Assembly (NCBI RefSeq): GCF_001194135.2
Contig: NC_068995.1
Coordinates: 35,560,476 to 35,624,475, forward strand
Direction: 5' to 3'
DNA: 64,000 nt
DNA from: Octopus bimaculoides
Taxonomy: Eukaryota
This document shows positions 26,389 to 38,885 of the stretch, one piece after another (the first letter of the stretch is position 1; each line of letters opens with the position of its first letter). Under the pieces are notes generated by a model that made no database searches, had not been told where the DNA came from, and saw only the letters and a list, made by a program, of their open reading frames with translations. Both the position numbers and the translations under genes were made by a program.

Positions 26389-26454
26389 AATACACACACA
26401 CAGAAACACACACACAACACATACACACGCACACACATACACTCATATGTATAG

Positions 26455-26655
26455 GTTGCTCTCGAGCGCTCCTGATAACATGTAATCCAGTACAACTCGA
26501 TGCTTGGTTGAGTCATCGGCGACTAAGCTCGCAACTCCACTGAGATTGCTTGGTGAGGAGGGTCTGTGTTGCACACTCTGCGGGACCAAACATCGAGACC
26601 CGTCAAAGGGCGGAGCAATTCATGAGTAGTCAACGGTCATCCAACAAAATGCGTG
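26455..26655 (+). mobile_element. GC-rich fragment, possibly the 5' leader of an RTE-type LINE
   Basis: GC-rich island in AT-rich DNA. The resemblance to RTE 5' regions is from recall only and was not aligned. Confidence 0.3.
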
Positions 26656-26665
26656 TACTTTTGTA

Positions 26666-27160
26666 CAGGGGCTGGACAAAATAATGGAAACACCTAGCAT
26701 CATAGCATCATAATTTTGAAATATCTATAAAACCGTCAAAAGCATGTTTATTTTTATGTCTTTTTATTTATTTTTAGTGCTGCTTAATATGTTTTACTAA
26801 AATTGTTGTTTCTTTTCTGATGTCATCAGAAAAGGGTAATTAAAATTCATTAAAATGACAGATCTATCGGACTTTCAAAGAGATCAAATTGTTAGTGCTC
26901 GTATGGATGGCGCTAGCGTAACGAAAACAGCCGAAATGTTTGGTGTATCAAGAAGTACTGTTTCGAAAGTAATGACAGCCTTTGAGAAAGAGGGAAAAAC
27001 CTCCTCGTCGAAACAAAACTCCGGAAGAAAACCAAACCTTTCAGATAGGGACCGTCGGACTCTTGCGCGAATTGTTAGTAAGGATCACAGTAGTATAGCT
27101 CCCAAGATTACTGCAGATATTAATGACTACCTCGAGAGCCCAAGTTCCACAAAAACTGTT
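26666..27160 (+). mobile_element. Tc1-family transposon, 5' half (same family as 8544-9708)
   Basis: TA|CAGGGGCTGGACAAAATAATGGAAACACC TIR. ORF 26855 MTDLSDFQRDQIVSARMDGASVTKTAEMFGVSRSTVSKV...SGRKP (HTH). Homology stops at ~27160. Confidence 0.9.
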
Positions 27161-27880
27161 TCTTTCCTTTATTACTCATTATATTCTAATTAATCAGTTA
27201 ACCCTTCACTCACACATAATAGTAAAAATAATAACTTTTCATATTCAGTCTGCTTGCATGCACGGATGTTATATCTTAATTTATATCTTTTTCTCTGGTG
27301 AAATTATGCTTATAACATATAAGTGCAAATTTAAAGCAAGATGTTTAGTGACTTGTATGATGTTTCTAGGTGATGTTTAGTGACTTGGGTGAGGGCAGAA
27401 GTTTTCCACGTTTTGCCACCAAAAAATGTACATTTGGACACACTAAATTTCATTCCAGTCTCTTTAAGAGAACCAGTTGCTTTTTGATGTGGTTAACACT
27501 TGGCACAAGCACATTCATGCATTTACATACAACAATCATACACACAGACACACGCATATACACATATACACATATATATATAAATGTGTGCGCGCGTGTG
27601 TACATCGATGTATATATATTTAAGTGCGTATTTCACTTTTTGTGTGTGGCTACTTGTAAGTATAATTACCCTCAAAACGTATGTGTTTTCTGCCTCTCAA
27701 GTATTGCTTGTGTAGGTGGAGAGGGGCAGATTGAAACAGTTATCTATGGATTTTAACGGATACGATCGAAGTGGTCAGAAAAGTTAATTACGGCTTAACA
27801 TTAATAATTTCATACCAATATTTCTGATCCTTATTCACACGTGCCGCCGTCTTCACCTTCTTCCTTTGTTTTTTTTTTTT

Positions 27881-27946
<66 letters not shown>

Positions 27947-28083
27947 CAGTAGTAGTAGGAGTAGGAGTGGTTCCGATAATAGTGACGGTATTGTTGTTAT
28001 GGTAGTGACTGAAAAGTGATTTTGGCAATCGTTGTTCATGTCTTATATTTACTTATACTTATCCGACATTTTTAAACATATAA

Positions 28084-28139
<56 letters not shown>

Positions 28140-28578
28140 CCTTCATTCACCTCAAATCTAATTCTATTGATTACTATTCAGCATTTATTGATTACCTTTC
28201 GAAGATAACACCGACTAAAAATGAAAATATCTTCAACCAATCGCAAGCAACATTGATTCTCTCAATAACACAATTTAGGTTCTGAATAAATCAACTATCA
28301 TTACATTCACTTCGCCTTCAGTTATCTTTTGTTTGTCTTGGTATTCTTTTTTCCTTAACCACTCCTATATTTGTTTTCTTCTTTTTTCTTGATAATGCTT
28401 TTTTTTTCTACTTTTTCTTCTTCATTTTCTTTGTTTGTCACCGAATGTCTATACCGGTTCTTCGCCTAAGATTACCAACTTTTCTAATCAATGCAGTAGT
28501 CGTGAGACAGGATTTAGGAACTGGAGATTCATAACTTTGTTGTTTCTGTTTACTTCTCGTTGATCATCATATATATTG

Positions 28579-28610
<32 letters not shown>

Positions 28611-28615
28611 TTACA

Positions 28616-28658
<43 letters not shown>

Positions 28659-28662
<4 letters not shown>

Positions 28663-28908
28663 TCATAAGAATGGTACAACAAGGTACCGATATTTGCTGG
28701 AGAATAGCAATCGATATAAAAACGACGCTATTGTATAGCTTCAGTGCGTATATACTGGCAAAAATGCGTGTGTGCAACAAAACATGAAAAACTTGTCTTA
28801 CCTTAGGAAGAACATCCGAAAATGAACAACCCAGATTAAGGATAATGCAATACCTAGGTTTCAGACTTTTCAAATATCGGTACCTTGTTGTACCATTCTT
28901 ATGAATTT
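28659..28908. mobile_element. MITE-like element with perfect 38-bp TIRs inside (TA)n
   Basis: AAATTCATAAGAATGGTACAACAAGGTACCGATATTTG (28659-28696) is the exact reverse complement of 28871-28908. Confidence 0.75.
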
Positions 28909-29778
28909 ATATATATATACCCTTTAGGGCTACTTTTTGCTGGAAATTGATACATTTGTATTAATACATTTGTATTGAAATATTTTTCATTATATATATA
29001 TATATATATATATTCATATATATATAAATACACACACATAGGTTGATACTAAGGTTAACTTCACATTCCTCTTCACATACAAAATCAAGAACTGATGTAT
29101 ACATGCACGTTGACATGCTCACGCAAACTCACACACATGCGCGCGCGCACTCATATACATATATATGCACACATATATATTCATATAGATATGTATGTAG
29201 GTCAACATACATACACGTGTATATACATTTATATAAATATATACATATATACCTATATATGGATACACACGAATACATAAATATATTTGTATCTATATAT
29301 ATTTATGTCTACGTCTGTATATATATATATATNNNNNNNNNNNNNNNNNNNNNNNNNNNNNNNNNNNNNNNNNNNNNNNNNNNNNNNNNNNNNNNNNNNN
29401 NNNNNNNNNNNNNNNNNNNNNNNNNNNNNNNNNNNNNNNNNNNNNNNNNNNNNNNNNNNNNNNNNNNNNNNNNNNNNNNNNNNNNNNNNNNNNNNNNNNN
29501 NNNNNNNNNNNNNNNNNNNNNNTTTTTCTGCTTTGTTTTCGACCCCCTCGAAAAGAAAAACTCTACATTTGTATTTTGTCCCCTCTGTGTTGAGCCCTGT
29601 GTGGCTAATAAAGAAACCTATCTCTCTATTTATCTATCTATCTAGCCATCCTTCTTTTCATCCATGTATCTATCCTGGCATAGACAGATAGATACAGGAA
29701 TGGATGGACGGATGGATGGATGGATTGATGGACAGACAGACAGACAGACAGACAGACAGATAGATAGATAGATAGATG

Positions 29779-29836
<58 letters not shown>

Positions 29837-30820
29837 AATATGTGCATGTAAACACACGCACTCACACACACACATATATACGAGTGTGCATGTGTCTGTA
29901 TGTGTGATTAGTATATATTTATATATAGCTAGAATGGGTTGCAATTTATAGTTTTTCAGTGGATCATATTCATTCTGTGAACGTTTGTATATGTGTATTT
30001 TCTGTGAAGGTGATTGGTTAAGGGCAATGATAAATATATGAACGCATATAAAAGAAAACATTAAAAAAACACCACATAATACAAAATAAACGGTTATATA
30101 AAGATACAAGAAAAAACACATAGATAGTAATTAAATTTATTGGATTAGGGATGAAAGTAGACAAACAAACAAAAAATGAAATATATAAAAATAGAATACA
30201 TAGAAATAAAACAAATGCCAACAGTCAGAAATGGATTCGTCTATGTCGTTTATTGTTTTGAAGAGAGAGAGAGATTCATTACGGTTACATTTGATATGAG
30301 AAAAAAGAAGTGATATTATATATTTACATGACCTGCAAGGGATCTATTGGTAATCGACTAGTGATAGGTTACAGTTTGATAGGAGAGGATTAAATATTAT
30401 ATTTCCAACAATAGACACTATTACAGCTAAAAATCAATGCTGAAAACATTATGTATTATTTATTCGCTGCTTTCAGGGGTTTAGTCAATCATATAGATCC
30501 CAGTACTTACTCAGGTCTTGAATTCTATTTGTCCGAACGGTTAAATTACAGGGTGTAAACGGTACCATCTTTTAGAATAGTGAAAACGTAAATATAAACA
30601 CAGACACAGTGACTCCTACATGCACATGTTCCTTCACACAAACTCATCATATGTACACACACACACACACATACATATATGCATACATATATATACATAT
30701 ATACATATATATGCATGTATGTATGTATGTATGTATATATGTATGTATGTATGTAAATATGCATATATAAATATATATTCTGTATGCACACACACACACA
30801 CACACGTGTGTGTGTATATA

Positions 30821-31187
30821 GGCGCAGGAGTGGCTGTACAGTTAGAATCTAGCTTCCCAATCACGTGGTCTTGCGTTCAGTCCCACCGCGTGGCACCTTG
30901 GGCAAGTGTCTTCTACTATAGTCTCGGTCCGACCAAACCCTTGTAACTGGATTTGGTTGACAAACCCGTCGTATATATGTGTATGTATATATATGTGTGT
31001 GTGGGGTGGGGGTCTGTCTGTTTGTCTGTCTGTCTGTCTGTATCATTCCCTCCATTACCGCTTGACAATCGGTGTTGGTGTGTTTACGTCCTCGTAACTG
31101 AGGTTGATTCATTCGACTAAAAAAATGCAATCCGGTGTCGCAGCATGGCCGCAGTCTAATGATTGGGGCGAGTAAAAGTTAAAAGAT
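30821..31187 (+). mobile_element. SINE family B
   Basis: GGCGCAGGAGTGGCTG head, GTTCAGTCCCA B-box-like motif, CACCTTGGGCAAGTGTCTTCTACTATAG body, internal microsatellite and CAGCATGGCCGCAGTC tail. Confidence 0.85.
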
Positions 31188-31484
31188 AAGCACCACAATG
31201 ACGACATGACATTAGAATCAGATAGCTGCAAATTATATCAGCTGTTCACTGCGTATTTGAAATGCTAAATCTTCTCTCAACACGTCATAAAACTCCATAT
31301 CATCGTGAGGTTTACGCATACCTCTTAAATTATGAGATTTCCATAGGATGCATTCCAGGACCATATGCGTGGAGGAGTGTCAAAAAAAATTTCTCTGCAC
31401 CTTTATTACTAAAGGTGTGTGTCCTTATGACAATGTTTGCCTTCCCACTATTCTGTAAGTATTCCCTCTATTCTATCTCATTGA

Positions 31485-31860
31485 GTGGAGGCGCAATGGT
31501 CCAGTGGTTAGGGCAGCGGACTCGCTATCATAGGATCGCGGTTTCGATTCTCAGACCGGGCATTGTGAGTGTTTATTGAGCGAAAACACCTAAAGCTCAA
31601 TGAGGCTCCAGCAGGGGATGGTGGCAAACCCTGCTGTACTCTTTCACCACAACTTTCTCTCACTCTTACTTCATGTTTCTGTTGTGCCTGTAATTCAAAG
31701 GGTCAGCCTTGTCACACAGTGTCACGCTGAATATCCCCGAGAACTACGTTAAGGGTACACGTGTCTGTCGAGTGCTCAGCCACTTGCACGTTAATTTCAC
31801 GAGCAGGCTATTCCGTTGATCGGATCGACTGGAACCCTCGACGTCGTAAGCGACGGAGTG
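31485..31860 (+). mobile_element. tRNA-derived SINE, family C (head type 2), full length
   Basis: A box TGGTCCAGTGG and B box GGTTTCGATTC. 12-bp TSD CTATCTCATTGA at 31473-31484 and 31861-31872. Confidence 0.9.
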
Positions 31861-32217
31861 CTATCTCATTGAACAAATAGCTTTGCATAATGTCACAATA
31901 GAAATGTCATTAAGCTTTAATATATTCTTTTGAGGGCGAAATACTTACACCGGGAGGGGTGTCACGACAAAGTATGTTCTCTGTTGCCTATCGTGCTTCA
32001 CTGTGTTGTTATAGAACCTCACTCCAGTACCTAACCAATTACTCAGTTTATGCACACTGAATATATATAGTATCTCCTCAAAATTTACACAGTAGTTAGA
32101 TACCATCAGTCTCAACATATCTATTCAGTACCTACATTGTACCGACACAGTTTCAACACACACAATTCACACATGTACATGTTTCATAAACAGCCTTTGC
32201 ACATTTGCATATCAGCA

Positions 32218-32744
32218 TATGGTATGTGGTTGGTGTGACACGGATGGAAAGGGTGAGGAATGCGGAGGTGCAAAAGTGAGCAGGAATGAGAGAAAATCCA
32301 GCAACCAGAATGGATAGACGAATCTTGAGGTGCTTTCGCTACATGGAGAGAATGGATGAGGAGCAGATGGTAAGGAGAGTGATGAAGGCAGAAGTGGTAG
32401 GCAGCAGAACCAGAGGCAGACGTCAGCTTGTGTGGATGGATGGATGAATGGAGTGAGGAAAGCTTTGGTGGAATGAGAGAGGCAAGAGAGTTTATTGATG
32501 ATATGAAAGCTCGGAGAGTGTTTGTGAACGGATGAGTGAATTGATGTTGCTCAAAGGGGTACAGAACCAGCATGATGCGGCGGAGGTAAACCAGCATATG
32601 CTGTCGGGCCCCGCTGCTTATATCGATGTTGCTTTCTATGCTTTCACCCGAGCATAGGACGGCGCTCGCCTCTTTCAGCTGGGAACTGAATGGAATGCCT
32701 GATGTGCGTCTTGTGGCTATCCTCTCCTTGGTAAATGAATGAAT
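32218..32744 (+). mobile_element. RTE-clade LINE, 3' fragment
   Basis: GVTRMERVRNAEV...RILRCFRYMERMDEEQMVRRVMKAEVVGSRTRGRRQLVWMDG is a typical RTE C-terminus. 3' UTR ends in (GAAT)n. Confidence 0.8.
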
Positions 32745-32753
32745 ATTATAACT

Positions 32754-32965
32754 AAGTCAGCGAGTTGCCAGCATCGTTGGCACACTGGGCATTTCGTTGG
32801 CACTTAGCGGCATTTCGTCCGTCTTTACGTCCTGAGTTCAAATTCCACCGTGGCCGACTTTGCCTTTCGGGGTCGATAAAATCAGTACCAGTTGATCACT
32901 GGGTTCGATGTAATCGACTTATCCGCTCCTCTAAAGTTGCTGGTCTGGTGACAAAATTTGAACAT
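32754..32965 (+). mobile_element. SINE family A
   Basis: Family head, GAGTTCAAATT B box, core and tail. Confidence 0.85.
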
Positions 32966-34626
32966 CCACGCGGTACCTACAGGACATATGGACACTACCT
33001 ACATTACACATTTACAGTGCTCACACAATAGGTCATGGCAAGTAATTTTTAACTTCCCCACTCATCACCCAAAAATTATATTCCTATAAGGATGTAATCG
33101 GTATGTCTTTTTAAGACCCTGGAAACAGAATTTCTTAGCAGAAAGGAAACATTGCGTTCGAGTTATATTGGAACTGTCATCAGGAAAAAGTTTAAATTTA
33201 TTCCTTATAAAAGTTAATTTTATTTCAGTAAACATAACATGAATTTTCTATAGGGTGGAATATCGAAAATAAATCAATAATACCTTGACACAACGTTTGG
33301 ATACTACTGATATTTATTTTCATTGAATTTTGAAATATGGAGATCACTGTCTCGTTTGGAAGTAAGATAGATAAAACGAAATACTTTCAGGTATTTTGAC
33401 TTCTGGTCTTTCTTTTCTCAGTCGCCTTTCTTCTAATAAATTCCTTATCAGAAAGAGCAGAACTAAATTGTATTTCTTAAAAAATGCTTTGAAGAAGTAA
33501 TTTTCTTCCTACAGACTTATACTTAGATTAACAGTTTTGTTTTCTTTGATTGCACTGGCTGCTTCAGTTAGTGGTCGGAAGCATTTCTAAAAATACAGTA
33601 AAAGAAATAAAGTCTTTTTTTTCTTCTTTTTCTTTCTTTGTATTTACTTCCATTTAATTTGCGTGAAATCTTTCCAATTATACCATTAATGTTCTCTATA
33701 GCACCGAGTCACATTTCGGCAGTTAGTGATACGTAATGTTTTAAATGACATGTAAATTGAAATACATTTTTAACATCTTCTGCGTTGAAACTAGCAATCT
33801 AATCCAAGTAATAAATTGACAGAATTCAAATGATTTTTCCTACCAATTGAGTTTAACACGAGTAAATGAGCAGACGATGTTTAAAACGAAAAAAGAAACA
33901 TCACAAATACATCATGATTCATAAAGAAATTAATAATAAACTTGTTAAAAAATAGACAGTAATTCTAACGTACAAGTCGTGTAATTATGGTAATTCTAAT
34001 ATATCTATACGAAAGCATTCTTGTAGATATTCCATGATGTTCAGGTTTCATGCATCTGTGTTACATCTGCTATTTATATTGCAGTTTCAGATATCTACAC
34101 CAATATAAATTTTTGATTATTGCAAATACTTTTGTCCAACTAAAATTTTATTATTCCAAAAGCTAAAGGATGCGAATCAGGAATGTCTTCTTGATATTTC
34201 ACGGCCAGGTCAACTCCTACGCGTTGTCTTCGTAATAGCGTATTATTGTAATAGCAGTAGTATTATTTGATGTTGGTGTAGTAGAAATGGCAACAGTAGT
34301 AGTAGGAGGAGGAGGAGGAGGAGAAGAAGAAGAAGAAGAAGAAGAAGAAGAAGAAGAAGAAGAAGAAGAAGAAGAAGGCTTATGATGTGAACCGTATCAA
34401 ATAATTATGAACATTATTGTATGCATACGCACACACACACACACACACGCACACATACAACTTAGTGTGCATGCACACCAGAGGCTGAGATCAATCTGTA
34501 CCAAGCGGCTTCACTCTGCGAGCTTTAGCTTCGTTACTACGGCAACAGTCCGGATACTTATTGATCAGTCCACGTATATACGTGTGTATGTGCGCGTGAA
34601 CGTGTGTGTACCTGTATGTTTGTGTC

Positions 34627-34668
<42 letters not shown>

Positions 34669-36277
34669 TGTGTGTGTGTGTGTGTGTGTGTGTTTGTGTG
34701 GTTATGAGTGCGCTTGTGTGAACGCGCGCGTGCGAAATGAAGCTATGACAGAAAAAAAGAGACAGAATAGCAGAAATGAAAGTATAATAATTATGAACCT
34801 ACAGTGGCAAAAAATTTCCAAGAGATTACGCGTAATTATATTTTAGAATCAGATACAATCTTCAGAGAAGATTATCGAAGATTATTTGCTTAATCTGAAA
34901 CAAATTGCATAAAAGCGAAAGAAAAAAATGAGCTCCGATTATGTCGCGAAATTCTCCTTGCATCAAAAAATGTCTCTATCTTAGAAGGAAAATATTAATT
35001 GTACGTGTATGACAACGGTCGGTGGAGGGCGAAAATAGTTTTCTTGAATACTTTGTTCTCTAAATATCTTTACGATGGCGATAAAGATCTTGAGAAATAT
35101 AAAACCTACTTTCTTTTATAAACCTAAAAGCTTGTAATAACTGAGCAAGTCTTGGTGTGTGTTTGTGTGCGCGCGCATTCTTATGTGCGTGCATGTGTGT
35201 GAGTATTATATACATGCAAGAGTCTTATGAGATTCTGCTTTATTATTCTGACTGACCAGTCGCAACCTATACGACATTACAGTATGTCGGCAACTTAATA
35301 TATACGCACCTTCTTTGTATTGGGTAAATTCAGGTTTAGCCCCTCCCCTCGTCTTTCCTTCGCACATACTTTCGTCGTACGATCTGTTCATTTAGACTAA
35401 TTAAGACGTGCTTTATGAACTACAAGGATGTCTTGTCCGCCCACCACACACATAAATATTTGCATATATGTGCGTGTGTATGTGTCTTTCTATATCTGTT
35501 GATAGATAGATAGTAAGATGGATATTCACACACACACACACACACACACATACGCATACACACACAAATACACACATATATATATCGGAAACATAAGAAA
35601 GGACTGAAAATTCGCTAAATTTATATATACAGTATATACATATATATATATATATATACACTTATATATATATTTATATATATATACACACACACACTTA
35701 TATATATATATATATATAAATATATATACACACACACACATTTATTTGAAGAAAGCTAGGTTTATTTTTTTAACATAGAAGGTAAATATTTTTTCCAAAT
35801 ACTTATGCACATGGAAGTAGTAATACAAAAATCTGTTTGCACATAAAAATGATTTCATATAATAGTTTTGCTGAAAAACCATTAGTGTATGTTTTCACAA
35901 AGTTCTACAGAAACAACACAAAAGAGAGAGTGAAGGAGACAGAAGAGAGAGAGTGAAAGAGAGACAGACAGAATCATATATTAAAGGTTTTCGTATAAAA
36001 AGAACGATCTTCGTATAAAAAAAAACTTTCTCTGAATAATTTTTTGAGAATGTTGCAGCCAAAAGCGGTTTTGCTGTAGGAGAAACATCCTATTTCACTG
36101 ACCACAACAGGTTTTTCGCTGGTGCTTACTTCAACATGTGTTTTTGGAATGCTTTTTAAGGCCATGTGATTAGCGATATAAGGAGTCATGTCACTTGCAG
36201 TATTTCCATGAGAAGGGATGTAACTCATAGTTTGTGTGCTTTTTATTGCTTATGTTCTTTCAATAAGGGTATATGTT

Positions 36278-36510
36278 AAGGCAGCGAGCTGGCAGAAACA
36301 TTAGCTCGCCGGGCGAAATGCTTATTGGTATTTCGTCTGCCGCTACGTTCTGAGTTCAAATTCCGGCGACGTCAACTTTGCTTTTCATCCTTTCGGGGTC
36401 GATTAAATAAGTACCAGTTACGCACTGGGGACGATATAATCATCTTAATCCGTTTGTCAGTCCTCGTTTGTCCCCTCTGTGTGTAGCCCATTGTGGGCAG
36501 TAAAGAAACG
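36278..36510 (+). mobile_element. SINE family A with alternative tail
   Basis: Family head and core, but the tail is TTTGTCCCCTCTGTGTGTAGCCCATTGTGGGCAGTAAAGAAA. A similar tail occurs at 29575-29615. Confidence 0.85.
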
Positions 36511-36735
36511 TTAGCACGCAGGGCAGTAAAGAAACGTTAGCACGCAGGGCTAAATGCTTAGCGGTATTTCATCTGTTTCTATGTTCTGAGTTCAAATTAC
36601 ACCGAGGTCGACTTTGCTTTTCATCCTTTCGGAGTCAATAAGTTAAGTACCAGTTGCGTACTAGGGTCGATCTAATCGACTGGCCCCCTCACCAACAATT
36701 TCGGGACTTATGCTTGGAGTAGAAAAGAATAAGGT
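36511..36735 (+). mobile_element. SINE family A, second tandem copy
   Basis: Joined to the previous copy through a 26-bp tandem duplication GGGCAGTAAAGAAACGTTAGCACGCA x2 (36495-36546). Confidence 0.8.
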
Positions 36736-37080
36736 TATAACATTTCTTACGGCCGTTTCCGCTTCCAACGGCCATAAGAAATGTTATATCATGCTTTGTA
36801 TTACAAAATAATCAACCGATCTTGGTCAATTTGTTTGTTTGTTAATCAAAAGTTTTCTCCATTTTCTGATTATTTAAATTTGATTCCTGATAAACGTTTC
36901 TTTATCCCTTTGTTACCTGTACCCTATGAGCATAGTAAGAACAGATACGATTATACAGTTCTATATTTAAGAGATGAGGAATTATTTACATTATTTACAT
37001 TATCTACATTTGACGGATATTCGTCCTCATCTTGTTTGTTGTTAACACAACGTTTCGGCTGATATACCCTCCAGCCTTCG

Positions 37081-37152
37081 GGCATATGGCGTAGTGGTTA
37101 AGAGCGCGGGCTACTAACCCCAAGGTTCCGAGTTCGATTCACGGCAGCGACC
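37081..37152 (+). other. tRNA-like Pol III head (not a functional tRNA)
   Basis: A box TGGCGTAGTGG, anticodon-arm-like GGG-CTACTAA-CCC and B box GAGTTCGATTC (37130-37140). The acceptor stem does not pair well. Confidence 0.7.
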
Positions 37153-37240
37153 TGATTAATAATATTAATAATAATATAATAATAATAATAATAATAGTAA
37201 CATCGATAGGAATGAGAACCCAGGTTCGAAATTTCCCCAA

Positions 37241-37286
37241 GACACCTGACGAAGGCTGGAGGGTATATCAGCCGAAACGTTGTGTT
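37241..37286 (+). ncRNA. Minimal type I hammerhead ribozyme motif (Penelope-type variant)
   Basis: Stem I GACAC/GUGUU; core CUGACGA(+A); stem II GGCUG/CAGCC with a 10-nt loop; GAAAC; loopless palindromic stem III (AACGUU) with a GUU triplet at 37279-37281. Confidence 0.65.
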
Positions 37287-37419
37287 AACAACAAACAAGA
37301 TGAGGACGAATATCCGTCAAAATGTAGATAATGTAAATAAGATACGATTATCCCCTAGACGGTTATTACAACCCCTAACTCTGCTTATCTTATATATATA
37401 TGTGTGTGTGTGTGTGTGG

Positions 37420-38296
37420 AGGGGGGATTATCCTCGTTCCAACGCCTCTGACATAGCAGAACACGTTGATGTTAGTACCAGAACAGTTGTCAGGTACCTC
37501 AGCAAACTTGGTTACTATGGCAGAGCAGCAAGAAAGAAGCCACTTCTTTGACCAGCCAATAAGAAAAGATTGGGCCAGTGAAATGATGGAGAGGCCACTA
37601 GCATTTGGGGACACTGTCATATTCTCCAATGAGTTCAGGTTTGCTGTTTTCTCTGGCAGTGGTCGAATATGGTCCTGGAAACTCTGTCACCAAGAATTTG
37701 ACGTAAAAGATTGCTGCGAACAATGAAATATGGCGGCTATTCTGTGATGGTATGGGGAGGAATTTGGAGCAATGGCCAATCAGAGCTGGTGGAGTGTGAG
37801 GGGAACATAAACTAAGATAAATATAAATTCATATTGCAGAAAAGACTCCTGCCAATCTTCTCCAGTGGTGAAATGATTAAACAAGACTCTTTATCTATGG
37901 AAGATGGGGCTCCTTGTCACACGGCTAAAATGACCCAAGGTTTGTTGGATGAGAATGGCATTAAAAAGCTTCCACAGCCACGACAGTCACCAGATATGAA
38001 TCATATTGAACACCTCTGGGACATAATGGACAGGACACTTCATAAAAAGAACAAGAAAACATCTTCAAAGCCAAATCTTTTGAGATTACTGCATGAAACT
38101 TGGCAAGAAATTCCTCAAGAGAATATTCATCATCTGATCATTAACATGCCTAATAAGGTCCTTGCATTGAAAAATGCAAGAGGCATGTCTACTAAGAAAA
38201 AAATATAGGGCAAAACCTAACATTTTATTCCTCCTAAACCAAATCATGTTAAATTAATCAAAATCTATCATCTCCAACATTTTCGATTATCTCCCT
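37420..38296 (+). mobile_element. Tc1 (DD34E) transposon, decayed, 5' end missing
   Basis: [36 protein letters not shown] and MEDGAPCH...QSPDMNHIEHLW (34 residues from D to E). Probable right TIR at ~38278-38296. Confidence 0.85.
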
Positions 38297-38697
38297 TATA
38301 CAGGAAAAAAATCCCTGATTACCTTCCCCTATCTAGAACTCCATATTAAACACCGGAGCGAAGACATGTTACGATACAGGTAGAGAAATTTGAAAAAAAA
38401 ACACGAAACCGGTTATTTCTCCAAATACAATGTTTCTATACTCAAAATTTTATAACATTTTTCTAACATAACGATTTATATATATACTTTAACCATATAA
38501 CACAAGCCTTCTGTAGTTTTTTTACTCTTGTTTATNNNNNNNNNNNNNNNNNNNNNNNNNNNNNNNNNNNNNNNNNNNNNNNNNNNNNNNNNNNTATATA
38601 TATATATATGCATGTATGTATGTATGTATGTATGTATGTATGTGTGTATGTATGCAAACATGTATGTGTGTATGCAAACATGTATGTATGTATGTAG

Positions 38698-38885
38698 TAC
38701 TCCAGGCAAAATGCTTACCGGCATTTCGTCCATCTTTACGGTTTGAATTCAAATTCAGCCAAGGTAGACTTTGCATTTCATCATTTTGTGATCGATAAGA
38801 TATATGTGCCAGTTGAGTTCTAGAGTCAATGGAAAAGACTTACCACCACCACGAAATTGCTGGCCTAGTGCCAAAATTTAAAGCA
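38698..38885 (+). mobile_element. SINE family A, decayed
   Basis: AAATGCTTACCGGCATTTCGTCC...TTCAAATT...GGCCTAGTGCCAAAATTT. Confidence 0.75.

Larger units (their letters stand above)
36955..37339 (+). mobile_element. Composite retroelement: inverted arms + tRNA-like head + (AAT)n + hammerhead-like tail
   Basis: Arms 36991-37080 and 37250-37340 are reverse complements apart from a 1-bp indel. 12-bp direct repeat AGATACGATTAT at 36943-36954 and 37340-37351. Confidence 0.8.

Noticed and set aside
35974-36228. 84-aa minus-strand ORF with an internal GTAAGC donor
   Set aside because: No pyrimidine-rich acceptor upstream and no recognisable homology.
37081-37152. Possible tRNA-Ser(ACT) gene
   Set aside because: Poor acceptor stem, short variable arm and position inside a composite repeat; treated as a SINE-type head.
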